DNA of 64,000 bases from the NCBI GenBank assembly GCA_951406725.2, contig OX597814.1, positions 144,584,001-144,648,000 on the forward strand, written 5' to 3'. The notes beneath the pieces were generated by a model. That model worked only from the letters and a program-made list of their open reading frames with translations. It had not been told where the DNA came from and made no database searches. The translations under genes were made by a program, and so were the position numbers. Of this stretch, positions 33,420 through 45,292 are shown piece by piece. Source of the DNA: Octopus vulgaris (lineage: Eukaryota). Position 1 is the first letter of the stretch. Each line of letters begins with the position of its first letter.

Positions 33420-36040
33420 GCCGTTCATGTCCGTTTAAAATATTGCATGTCAGTACCTGCCGGAAAGACATGAACGTAGAGGAAATTCCAGCGGGTCGAT
33501 GTTCTTGAGATAAAGAACTGGACATCGTGATTAGTGCTGAGAAAGTTGGAGTGGTGAAGATGCAGAAACAAGAACGTTGGGAGTACCTAAGTAGTGGAGG
33601 CACGAGACTAGCCATTCCAAGGAGCATAGGGAAATTATAGTAACAATAAAAAAAGACAGAGAGAGGAAACAGCACTCCTGTAGGTGAGAAGCTGGAAATG
33701 CGTCGTTTGGTGATGGAGCACCAATCAGCCGACTAGCTCTTTACTGGATGCGATCCAAGAAGTGTGTACGTAGCAGAAATGGAAGCAATTCTCAGTTGTG
33801 AATCTACTTGAGCCTTCAGCTGCTGTTGGGAGCTAAAATATGTAAGATAAATATGTAAGATCGGTTGTCGGCAATATAGCGATGATATACTTTGGTTGAG
33901 TTAAGAGATGTGTGAAGTTCCAAAGATATCTAATTTGAGGGACGTGGTCTTTGCTATGTTGAGGATGTGCTTTCACTCAAAGACAGACTCATTATAGTGA
34001 GGCCCAGTATTTGGAGTGACTGTGAGTGCTCTAGCTGACACCAGCTCCTGTTTAGAGGGCTGAGGTGCAGTGGTGTTTTCTTCATAGAAGTAGTACTTGC
34101 TTTCTGGCTGCTGAAAGAGGCAACGTTGGCATGTCCCCACCAGATGTTCCCAACGTTTCCGTTTATATGGTGGTTATCTATATATCCTTTGGCTATTCAC
34201 AGTGTGAGGTAGCTTGCGTGTGTAGACAATGACCGTTAAAGTTCAATTGAGCTTTCAAATAGTTTATTAAACCGTATTGTTACTTTGACAAATATATATC
34301 CAATTAATTAATGGAATGTAACGAAGAAATAATTGTTGGTTGGTAAATGGAAGAACAACAAGTCTATATGAAGTTACAAACACGAAATATTTATTATCTT
34401 TAATATAAGTGTGTTGTCGTTGCGACGAACGACAGAAAAAAATGAAAATGATATTTAAACCAAGTGAATCAGCAATGATAGTAGCTGTCGTTGAATTACT
34501 GATATTGTCATCGTCGAATTTCATAGCCGAAGTTGAATTGGTGTAAATTCCTAATCTTGGCTGTCACGACCATCTATATATTGCTAATGTATGTCAAAGA
34601 AAAGGCGCCAAATACGAAATTGTTAACGACATTACAATATGTTGTTAGTCCTTTTTTTTTTTTTTTTTGGCTGGTCAAACTAGCAACTGATAAAAAAAAG
34701 TTTTGTGTTTATCATAAAATTGCTGACGTCATTAATCTTTGACAGCATCCTGTTTATAATTTAGTTTGGTTATTTTTACGTCTGAATACAATGATTCGGG
34801 TTCGATTTCTGTGCAGTGAGATGGTGTTTGGGACTCTGCCAATGTTCTTACTACAGGAACAATGTTCAACGAACATAACAGTAGGAATCTTCAGTTGAAA
34901 ATAATGCAAGGAATTTAAATCACTACATATAATTAATATATGTGTTAATTGTCATTACAAGTTAGGGTAGATGCCTTTTGTCGAGTACTGCACAAGATAT
35001 TACATAAGAAAAATGAAAGAAGTGGAGAGAGATGAAGTCGTTGAGACAAGCAACATAGATTCCATTAGACAGCTAGTGGCTCTTTAGCCTGAGGTTAAAT
35101 AGGTGAGACACTATTTTATGAGGGTAAAGCAATATGACGAGTATAAACTTGGGATAACCTTGTTAAAAGTTGAATTCGTTCACCTGTTTATTACTGTCGC
35201 CCAAAAGTTCAAGAATCTTTGTTCAAACTGTTTGGTAGGAAAACTTACACGTTTCCATAGAAGTTTGCCTCAGCCATAGGTCAACCATTGCAAATTGGTC
35301 GAACCATATTCACGTAAGTGTTCATACATTTTATGGCGATACTTTTCCTTTTATGGAGATACATTAGCTCATGGTTGTCGACTGGAAAAACTAAAGCTAT
35401 GGTTCAAATCTCAGACAGGATCTTACTGCAATGCAGGTTTGGTGTGTGGTGTCTAGGCTGCGTGTAGATGAGGCATAGTTAGAGAAGATTAGGGAGGAAT
35501 GAAGGCTTGTGTCGTCTCCATAAGAATAGGCACAGTTGGATGTAGCGGTAAGAAAATCATTGTTTATAGGCGAAGAGAGTGGGGGACAAAAACCGAATTC
35601 CAAAGAACACCGTAATTGATTGAGAATGGCACAGAAATAGTTTGATCAATACATATTGCAACGGTGCTATCTGATAGGATGCTAATGGTCCAGGTAATGG
35701 GAGATGAGTGGAACTCATAAGCGTGAAATTTTGATAGATTTGCTTTCTAGACACGGCCGAGGCTTCGGTGATATCTAGAGTAGCAACATTGCTTTCGCCG
35801 AACTTCTCTAAATCGAGAACCTACTGGTGAGTGACATATGAAACGAGTTCTCTTGTGGACCTGGCTGTAGGAAGTCGTACAGGAGGTCACTATGGAGAGA
35901 GAGAGAGAGAGGAAAGTATGGTATCAGAACATCATTGTTAATTACTGTCTCCCTTACCTGGATCGAATATATTGCTTTTCTTGAAGTTGGAACACATGAC
36001 TTGTTCTTTCACATGTCAGGGTATATCCCCGTAGACATTA
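33420..36040 (-). mobile_element. Old, fragmented L2/Crack-type LINE (RT ~35050-36040; C-terminal part ~33420-34170)
   Basis: Remnant motifs YGDDTSL, LDRIQ..ASRLIG and FFYCYY...LVPP; many stops and frameshifts. Confidence 0.5.
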
Positions 36041-36684
36041 AGAGATTAAAGAATTTGGTAGATATAGAAGCAAGTTCTGTGGTTCCGAGTTCTAATGTAG
36101 TCAAAGCCGATGGCCTTGTTTGTTGACGCAAATGGGGGTACTTCTGCATTTAACGTTTATTCAATACATTCCTACGCATATTTCATTAATGAAAATATCC
36201 ATTATGCAAGGTATTACTTTAAAATCACATGACATAATCAAATCAGTTAACTTATGTCCTGAACAGAAGTCAGATTCTGTTGAAACGTTAAATCTGGCGA
36301 ACTATTATAGAGTGTCACACGGTTAAATTTTCTTTTGTTATACAAACTCTGATGATTTGATGATGCAATCTGATTGTAAGCTAATACTTTGCAAAAACAA
36401 ATAAGTGTAAGAAAGTATTGAATAAACAGGAAAACTTGCCTGCATTCTTTTACACGAGTGCGCACGCGCGCGCAACACACATACACATGCGTGCGCGCAA
36501 TCTGTGTTCGATGGGTAAATACAAAACATTTCGAAAATTATTCTATGCCTTTTAACGGTCGGATCTTTTTACTGATATCGGGCTGGTATTTCTCTAGTAA
36601 TGAGGCTATCTGGGGTATCTTTTGACTTCCAGTCACACCATCCAGTAGCAGACTAACAAGCAGTCTATCTGAAGGAGAGACACA

Positions 36685-36741
36685 TAGGCAGGCAGGTTGG
36701 TAGGTAGGTAGGTAGGTAGGTAGGTAGGTAGATAGATAGAC

Positions 36742-36780
<39 letters not shown>

Positions 36781-36805
36781 AAGAGAAGGTGAGAGGAGAG
36801 AGAGC
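36685..36805. repeat. Graded compound microsatellite (GGCA)-(GGTA)-(GATA)-(GA)
   Basis: Seen directly. Confidence 0.85.
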
Positions 36806-37229
36806 ATGAATCTTACTTGGTGGATGAACAAATGCATGTCTATCCCAGCAGCATAATCAGCATTGACAACGACAAAAGGAAGATTCATTTTTATTGATGA
36901 TTCTCGTGGCACAAGCAAACCCTTCCTTAAGAAACACCTTCACACGAAAGTTCCCTAAGGCAGCGTACTACTTTGATAGTAGCATCAAATGGCATTGTAG
37001 CAACACATTTTGATGGAGGAAACTGCTCACACCATCACTAAATTTCCCTAAGACCTCACACGACATGACTACTATGAAACATCATAAACAACTTACCCTA
37101 GGCAGCCGCAGGTGGGCAACTGACGCTTCGGTAAAAAGTGAAGGAGAACCCCTAGTCTAGATCTTTTGAAGCCAAATGATTTGACAAAGTTTTCTGTTTC
37201 CTGTCACACTCAACTCTGCCATGACTGCC

Positions 37230-37466
37230 TCTTTTACTCTTTTACTTGTTTCAGTCATTTGACTGTAGCCATGCTGGAGCACCGCCTTTAGTCGAGCAAA
37301 TCGACCCCAGGACTTATTCTTTGTAAGCCTAGTACTTATTCTATCGATCTCTTTTGCCGAACCGCTAAGTTACGGGGACGTAAAGGCACCAGCATCGGTT
37401 GTCAAGCGATGTTGGGGGGACTAACACAGACACACAAACACACACACACACACACACACATACACG

Positions 37467-37514
<48 letters not shown>

Positions 37515-37670
37515 TACGACAGGCTTCTTTCAGTTTCCGTCTACCAAATCCACTCACAAGGCTTTGGTCGGCCCGAGGCTATAGTAGAAGACACTTGCCC
37601 AAGGTGCCACGCAGTGGGACTGAACCCGGAACTATGTAGTTGGGAAGCAAGCTACTTACTAAACAGCCTA
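37230..37670 (-). mobile_element. SINE family A, full length, CpG-retaining copy
   Basis: Complete head to AAAAGAGTAAAAGAG tail. Confidence 0.85.
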
Positions 37671-38034
37671 CCCATCAATATTTAGAGCATTCACTGAAAG
37701 TTGCTAGACCGAACATGGCAGATGCTAAATTTCTGCGTGCAAAGATTTGTGATGATTACTTTAAGAGTGGGGAATCTTGATCCTCTTTATCATAGCACCA
37801 CAGAGTAAAAATCAAGAACATTGTTTATTGCAAGGTTTTGAAATAAGCAGGTATCTGAACAAAAAATTTAGTTATAATTCTTCCTTTAATGAGGATAGAT
37901 TTTTATTCGGTAATCTATTACTCATAGTTCGTAATGTGTGTGTAAATCTGCTCATTAAACTTCATGCTACGTTCATATACGGACATCGCCGGGTACCCCT
38001 GCCAGTATATATATGTATATATATATATAATAAA

Positions 38035-38280
38035 TGCGCCCTTTTAAAGCCTAGCCAGGCTCATGGGCTCGGTTTCCCGGCTTCTATGGCGTATGTGTTC
38101 CCCAGCTGGACGGGACGCCAGTCCATCGCAGCGTTACTCATTTTTGCCAGCTGAGTGGACTGGAACAACGTGAAATGAAGTGTTTTGCTTAAGAACACAA
38201 CGCGTCTCCCGGTCCACGAATCGAAGCCACAATCTTACGATCATGATGCTGACACCCTAACCACTAAGCCACACACCTCC
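38035..38280 (-). mobile_element. tRNA-derived SINE family C
   Basis: GTGGCTTAGTGGTTAGGG head and GCTTCGATTCG B-box on the - strand; related to 25536-25865. Confidence 0.7.
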
Positions 38281-39587
38281 ACACACACATATTTTTAGTG
38301 TCCGTCATTGGACAGCATCCACACCGTAACATCACCTTTAAGGGTCTTCAGACTATGATACCGACTGGACTACTTGTATCAATCTTTCTTTGGGGACATG
38401 AAGGGATACAACATAAATAGCCACACCGGTTTTTGAACCGATGTAAACATAAATGCAGACGCATTATATATATGTGTGTGTGAAGGGTTTCAGTACAGTT
38501 ATTATTTCAGAAATTCCATTCAGAAAAAAAACAACAAAAAAAAAAACTGGTTAATTGACAGTTACTATTAAAGTTAATGTACTACATCTATCACATAGTG
38601 GAACTGAACAAGCAACCACGTGGTTGCTTAGCGACTTGTTAACCATATAGACATGCCTGAAAATAATATCCTTGTATGGCTGAAACGCTTTGATCAAAGG
38701 GGCGGCTTGATTAAACGCGGACATGAAGCTGTTAGCCTATACAGCCCCCCAGGCTAAATAATGCAAACCTCCTCACAAAATCCCATCCCTGTCTTATTAA
38801 TAGATTTCAAGTTGAATATATATATATAAGGAAATAAATAGATGGAAGGTTATAAATAGCATAATTGTTTTTTCCAGATAGCTTTACAACACTTCTTTCA
38901 CTGGCAAAAAAAAAAAAAAAAAAAAAAATGAAAAGGAACCTGTCAACATTAACTTAAGCAATTACAAGTATAAGTTAACCTAACATTAAAAAAATTAATA
39001 ATAATCCATAAAAATAATACAAACAAAAATTAAAAAAATCTCAAAAAAGTTCTGTGTAATTTCACGAATAAAACATCGTTAATTATTTTAATTTCAAGTA
39101 CTTCTAAAAGTAAATAAATTTAATATAATAATTATGAATAAATAAATAAATAAATTTAGAAGTTTACATGATCATAGAAAAAAATCTATTTCTTCCAGAA
39201 TATTCTGGATGGTTTAATGAATGCAGCGGCATTAAAACATTCAGTGCGGAATAGTTGTAGGTCTAATACATCCAGTGTACCGTATCTCCTCCCTCTTTCA
39301 ACGTTGTTATATCATAACGACATTTAATCAGTTGTGAAACATTACAAGCAAAAACTTCTCTGTTGGTTTAATATTTATTACTGTAAACCTTGCTATTTTT
39401 ACATATCGAATTATCCATCTATCCATCTATCTATATAATATATATATATATATAACTTGTCCGTCGGGAGGAAGTGGAAAAAAGGATTCAAAAACAAACA
39501 GAACGAAACAAAACAAAATTTTTTATCAGTAGAAAAAAAAAAAACTGGTTGAAGAAGAAGAACGCATAAAAAAAAGTAACAGACAAA

Positions 39588-39623
39588 ATGAGTATAAACT
39601 ATAGCAAGTGGGATCATATTGAG
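39588..39623 (+). CDS. CDC37: CDC37 exon 1 coding part ([12 protein letters not shown])
   Basis: AAAATG context, GAG|GTAAGT donor; the YSKWDHIE motif joins in frame to ISDDED. Confidence 0.88.
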
Positions 39624-40022
39624 GTAAGTAAAAATATATATATATATATATATTTGTCACTATGAAGTATCATTACACATAGCGAAGAAAATTAATTGAG
39701 TAGCTTCGAACTAGTAAACTCTTACTGCATGTGTCGAGTAGTAGTAGCTCTATTTTATTTCCTCTTCGTTTGTACTTTCAGACGGGATTGTGTGTATATA
39801 TTTATACGTGTGTCTCTCGCTCTCTGTATGTATTTATATATAGACACACGTATATATATGTATTCACTCACACACGTATATTTATATATATACGCATTAC
39901 TTACATGCCCGTCTCAAAGTACGAGAACAAGTACATGCAGACAACATATACACACGTATCTATCTGTCTATCAGTCTATCTATCTATCTATCCGTACACA
40001 CACACCCCTGTGTGTGTGTATG

Positions 40023-40071
<49 letters not shown>

Positions 40072-43000
40072 GCCTGTGTGTATATATATATATATATATT
40101 ACATGTGTGTGTGTATATTGTATGTATATATGTGTAGCTATGTATATACAGGTGCATGTATGTGTGTGGTGTGTATATCTCTTCCGAATTTATTTAGCTC
40201 TGCATTTAACCGCATTAATCATATTGTCGGTAGTCGTCATCCTTACAGTTAAAGAAAAAAAAAATCCAGAAAAAAAGGGGCTTTGAACCGACTGCTCGGA
40301 TTATAAAAAATAACCCTTTTCACTCTGTACACATGCGTTCCCTTGAATAATGAAGAAAACCTCAGTGCGGCTGCTCAGCCTGTTACAAATAGCAACCAAA
40401 TTTTCCTAAATGTCACACACTCCCCGTCTTTAAGAAGTGGGGAAGGACACATTAAAACTAGTCTTAGTTTTCCATTCATACGTAAGATGTTTTGTAGGAA
40501 TATTCCATGCTGTAGATGACAGGAACATCGTTTTATATATCCATGGAGGAATATTTAAAGCACATTTGACCTCTGCTGTCCTAAATATCTTAAAAGGATG
40601 GGATGGTCACAGTTGGAATGCATTTGATCGTCTAGGTCTGCCTGTTAGAGCAAAGTTGATCTGGAAGTAAACAACGAAAAAAAATCTATCCGAAATTACG
40701 CACTGGAATTACCAGTTATTTATAGATCAGTGTTGACAGTCAAATTATCTGAGGTCTGTTATAGTTAATTTTGGTTTTTAAATGGATTGAGATCCTTTCA
40801 AATGTCTGCCATACTCATGAGGTTTTATACGCCAAATTAGTTGGTTAGTGATTGGACTATAATTTGATTTTTCTCTTTTAACGATGTTCTTACACTTTTT
40901 CTTCTCGGATTTATTGTTTTTCTTATCTCCTATTTATGTTTGTCAATATTTAAGGTATATTGTTCCATGAGGGCGGCGGATTTTTAAAGTTCTCAATTCA
41001 GACCCCATAGGACAATCTCATCGTTTTTGGGAGCTGATAAAATGAATGGAGTTCTAGAGGGCAAGTCGGTTAAGGTGATTACACCCCTGCGATGGGCGTA
41101 CGTGTGGACTTGTTGCTTAAATCAGAAATTGACATTTATCTCGATCCAATGTCGTAAATCTTATCCTGGACACCTGACCTATTAAAAGTTGCAAATTTAT
41201 ATCAAATCACATCCTACTGTATTTTTTTATTATTACTATTTTTATTTTGAAAAGTAGGACACATTGGATTACGTAGTCCAGCATATATACAGGCAACAAT
41301 TGATTGACGACTGGCCGCCAAATCACAGGACATTTTGGCCGCAGTCTCCGACGGAGGTTCTCGCTATCTGCAGTTCTGCTGGCACTCAAGCTTGTTGCTC
41401 TAAAATATCCGCTTCCTTATGCGAATACGCGGGCTCCGACTGGCCCATGCCAAACAACAAGCACTTTAATACTAGATTAGATAATTAATATCTATCATGC
41501 TTATCGAGGGCGGTGAGCTGGCAGAATCGTTAGTACGCCGGGCGAAATGCTTAGCGATATTTCGCATGCCGTTACGTTCTGAGTTCATATTCCGCCGAGG
41601 TCGACTTTGCCTTTCATCCTTTCAGGGTCGATTAAGTAGCAGTTACGCACTGGGGTCGGTGTAATCGACTTAATCCCTTTGTATTCCCTTGTTTGTTCCT
41701 TCTATTATTTACCCCCCTGTGAGCAATAAAGAAATAAATCCAAGTCAACTTAATTTTACACCATTCCAAAGCTACTCATCCACCATAGAAACGTCTCGAG
41801 GAAATTTGACGTTTTTATTATTTTCCCATTCATTTCCCCCCACTCGCTGTCTTAGTAAAGACTATTTAAAGATTTTGTTTCAAATTTTAAAAGTTTTACA
41901 ATACATTCAGAAATTTTGCAGTCATTTATTTAAGTCGACAGAAGAATATGGACGTTGTTGTTTAGCTCCACAACAGGATTTCTCTCCATTCCACTTCAGT
42001 CTAAAGTGTTGTTTAAAGCAGGTTGCAGATTTGGTTGCTGTTTCTTTCTAACAGGTCGAGCGACTATGTAGAAGTTCGATCTTTTGTTGGCGTACATGTT
42101 GTTAACATTGTTGCTTTTTAGCTCCAGATCAGCTGTATATGAACAGACATATCAGAGGACGGTCCCGCCCTTTTTTTTGTTAGAGGTATAGTGCAATTCA
42201 TGAGATAATTTTAGCAAGTCAAGCAACCACGTGTAGTCCGTCTTGTTGGTAATATAGATACGTATGGTTATATTGATATGCATATTTATTAGATATGTGT
42301 ATTTATTAAACTAATCTTCATTTTATATTTATATGTCACCACCAAAAATTATTTTTATCTGTGACCGAGGGTTTCGTCTGAAACGTCGACTTCTCGTCTC
42401 CCTCATGACATAAAACTTATGTGAATTATTGGTATTGCTTTTTGCCGGCGCAAAGCATCACAAGTTTCTTCAGATTCTGCTCTTTTAATTGGATATACAT
42501 TTATGTCTGTTATATTTCAGACATTATTACAAGTCAAGATTAGGCGGCGAGCTGGCAGAATGGTTAGCATGCCGAGCAAAATACTTAGCGGCATTTCGGT
42601 CCATTTTTACGTACTGAGTTCACATTCCCCCGAGGTCGAATTCTCGACAAAGGTAAAGAATACGTACACCTGTTTTAGTTTTAGGGTTAAGGTTTTTGTT
42701 ACGCCGAAAACCGGTGGTGTACGTATTCTTTACCTCCGCTGACTTTTCGTTTCATCCCCTGCGGGGTCGATAAAATAAGTACCAGTGGAGTACTGGAGGT
42801 GTAATTGACTTGCTCCTCTCCCGAAATTTGCTGGCATGGTGCAAAAAATCTGAAATCATTACAAGTCAAGAAGTAAAGGTGGTGATGGAGGGAAGACCCG
42901 TTTGCATTAACGTTCTAGGTTTCATAGTAACCTTAATACTTTATTAGCACGAGGGTAACTTACATGGACAAATTCCTTCCTGAAAGCGTTTGAGCTTTAC

Positions 43001-44288
43001 ATTGAATCCACTGAAGTAGATGAAAAAAATGTGACTTGTGAAGGCACGGAAAGAATTCCGTTCGTTCGACCATTTTTGTCATAGTTCTTTCTCAATTTAG
43101 GATTCAGGTATTCCTCACTAGCAATAAATATTAGTGATAATTATTAAGTACATTTTTGTTCCGATATAATAGGTCCTCCCCTCTTTTTTTTTTTTTTTCA
43201 AGTTATCTTAAAAGACAGTAGGGTGTCATTTGAGGGAGGTATTTTAGCTCTAGTTGTGCAGGCTTGAATATAGCTAACGTTCTCAACTTTGTCGTTTGTT
43301 CCCATATTTCACAGTTTCTCGAGAAGGAAAACAAAGCGAAACAAAATCGTCTGTTTATAGGTAAACTATGTGTTGTTTAGTCCCAAGTAAAATCTTGATT
43401 GAGCTATCCTATGTCTAAAGGCGTTCCAGCTGTAACCATGTCGTCTCTTTTCTCCCAGACTTAGCCGAGGGTGTAAGTTTGGGAGCGAGATTTGGTTGCT
43501 ATTTCTAGCTCGCTCTTTCGTTGTGTATCAATGGGACATTGTTGTTTATAGTTTCATGCTAGTCAGTCTTTTTACGAGAAGACCTATGATGAAAGATGAC
43601 CCGGTTAGAACCATTCCGTCTATGGAACTACTCTATTTTTATACAAACTCTGAAGAGTTATTTCTAATTTGTGGGAGACAGTTTGAAACTCGTGTAAATG
43701 AATAAATGAAAAATGCTATTTGTTACAGACGCTGATCATAAACTGCTTTTCCACACCATTGAAATAAAAAGTCACGTAGTTCTAGTTTTTTGTTCCTGGT
43801 CAGCTATGACCCAGAAGGTCTTTGATGAAAGGCATTCCAGTCATAGTTTATTCCGTTTAAAACAACAAAGCAAAATTAGACACTATACTTTTTTAGCCGG
43901 TAGAAGGTAATTTGACGGAGATATGTAGTTATTTTTTTATGTTGAACGACTTATTAGAGACTCCATCGTTGGCACATTGTCCTTGCAATTGTTACGTCTC
44001 TCTGACAGCATCCACATCTTTACTGTTGTAGATTTCACGCGCAGATATGCTTGGCTACTTGTTTTGTGTGCTGTTTCGTAGTGTCCAGATGTACTCTCTC
44101 CACTGACCAGTTTATTTCTGTACAGTTACTGTTGCTCCAGGCCTGCCCAAATCGAGTCTCTTTCAATCTTTTCGGTAGCATTTTGGGTATTGTGCAAAGT
44201 GCACCAATTATTACATTATATACACACATACATATACACTATATATACATAAACACGCATATATATACATACACACTTATATGTATAT

Positions 44289-44342
<54 letters not shown>

Positions 44343-45214
44343 TAATTTAACGTCCGTTTTCCATACAGGCATGGGTTGGACGGTTTGAGGATGCACCAGG
44401 CTCCAATCTGATTTGGTAATGTTTCTACAGCTGGATGCTCTTCCAAACGCCAACCACTCCGAATGTGTAGTAGGTGCTTTTTACGTGCTATTGACACAGG
44501 AGCCAGTCGTGGGTGGGTGGGGGTGGTGGCATCGACCACGTTCAGATAGGGCTTTTATGTGCCACCGGTTTGGGGAGCCAATCAGTCGGCACTGACAATG
44601 ATCCATGCATGGATGGTGCTTATTGCGTGTCACAAGTACAGGAGCCAGTCAGGCAGCACTGGCCACTACTACAATTTCCATTTCATTGTGGTTTGTTTTG
44701 ATTTTACATGACTCAGTAGGTCTCCTTGAGCACAGCATGTCGCCCGACGATTCAGAAGTACTTTTTAGCACGCCAGGCAAAATGCTGAGCGGCATTTCGT
44801 CCGTCACTGCCTTCTGAGTTTAAATTCTGCTGAGGTCGATAGATTAAGTACCAGTGAAACATTGGGGTCGATGTGATCAACTAGTTCCCTCTCCCAAAAT
44901 TTCAGGCCCTGTGCCTTTGGAGGAAAGGATTATTACTCCAGTGCATTCTAATTTAGTTAGCAGGTATTTTATCTTGATGTTTGCTGATGACAAGTCTCCT
45001 CAAATTTCAAAAATCTTTCTTAGGGTTCTTGCAGAATATAGGATGGTATTTTTTTGCATGTCTGCCCAAATCGAGCTTCATTTTCAATCTCTTTCAATCT
45101 TTTAGGAGCATTTTGGGTATTGTGCAAAGTGCACCAATTATTACATTATATACACACTATATATACATATATGTACATAAACACACATATATATACATAC
45201 ACACATATATATAT

Positions 45215-45292
<78 letters not shown>

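Noticed and set aside
42355-42395. Second hammerhead-like motif (CTGTGACCGAGGG...GAAACGTC); a similar trace near 33010-33040 on -
   Set aside because: The CUGANGA core is broken and stems cannot be drawn convincingly.
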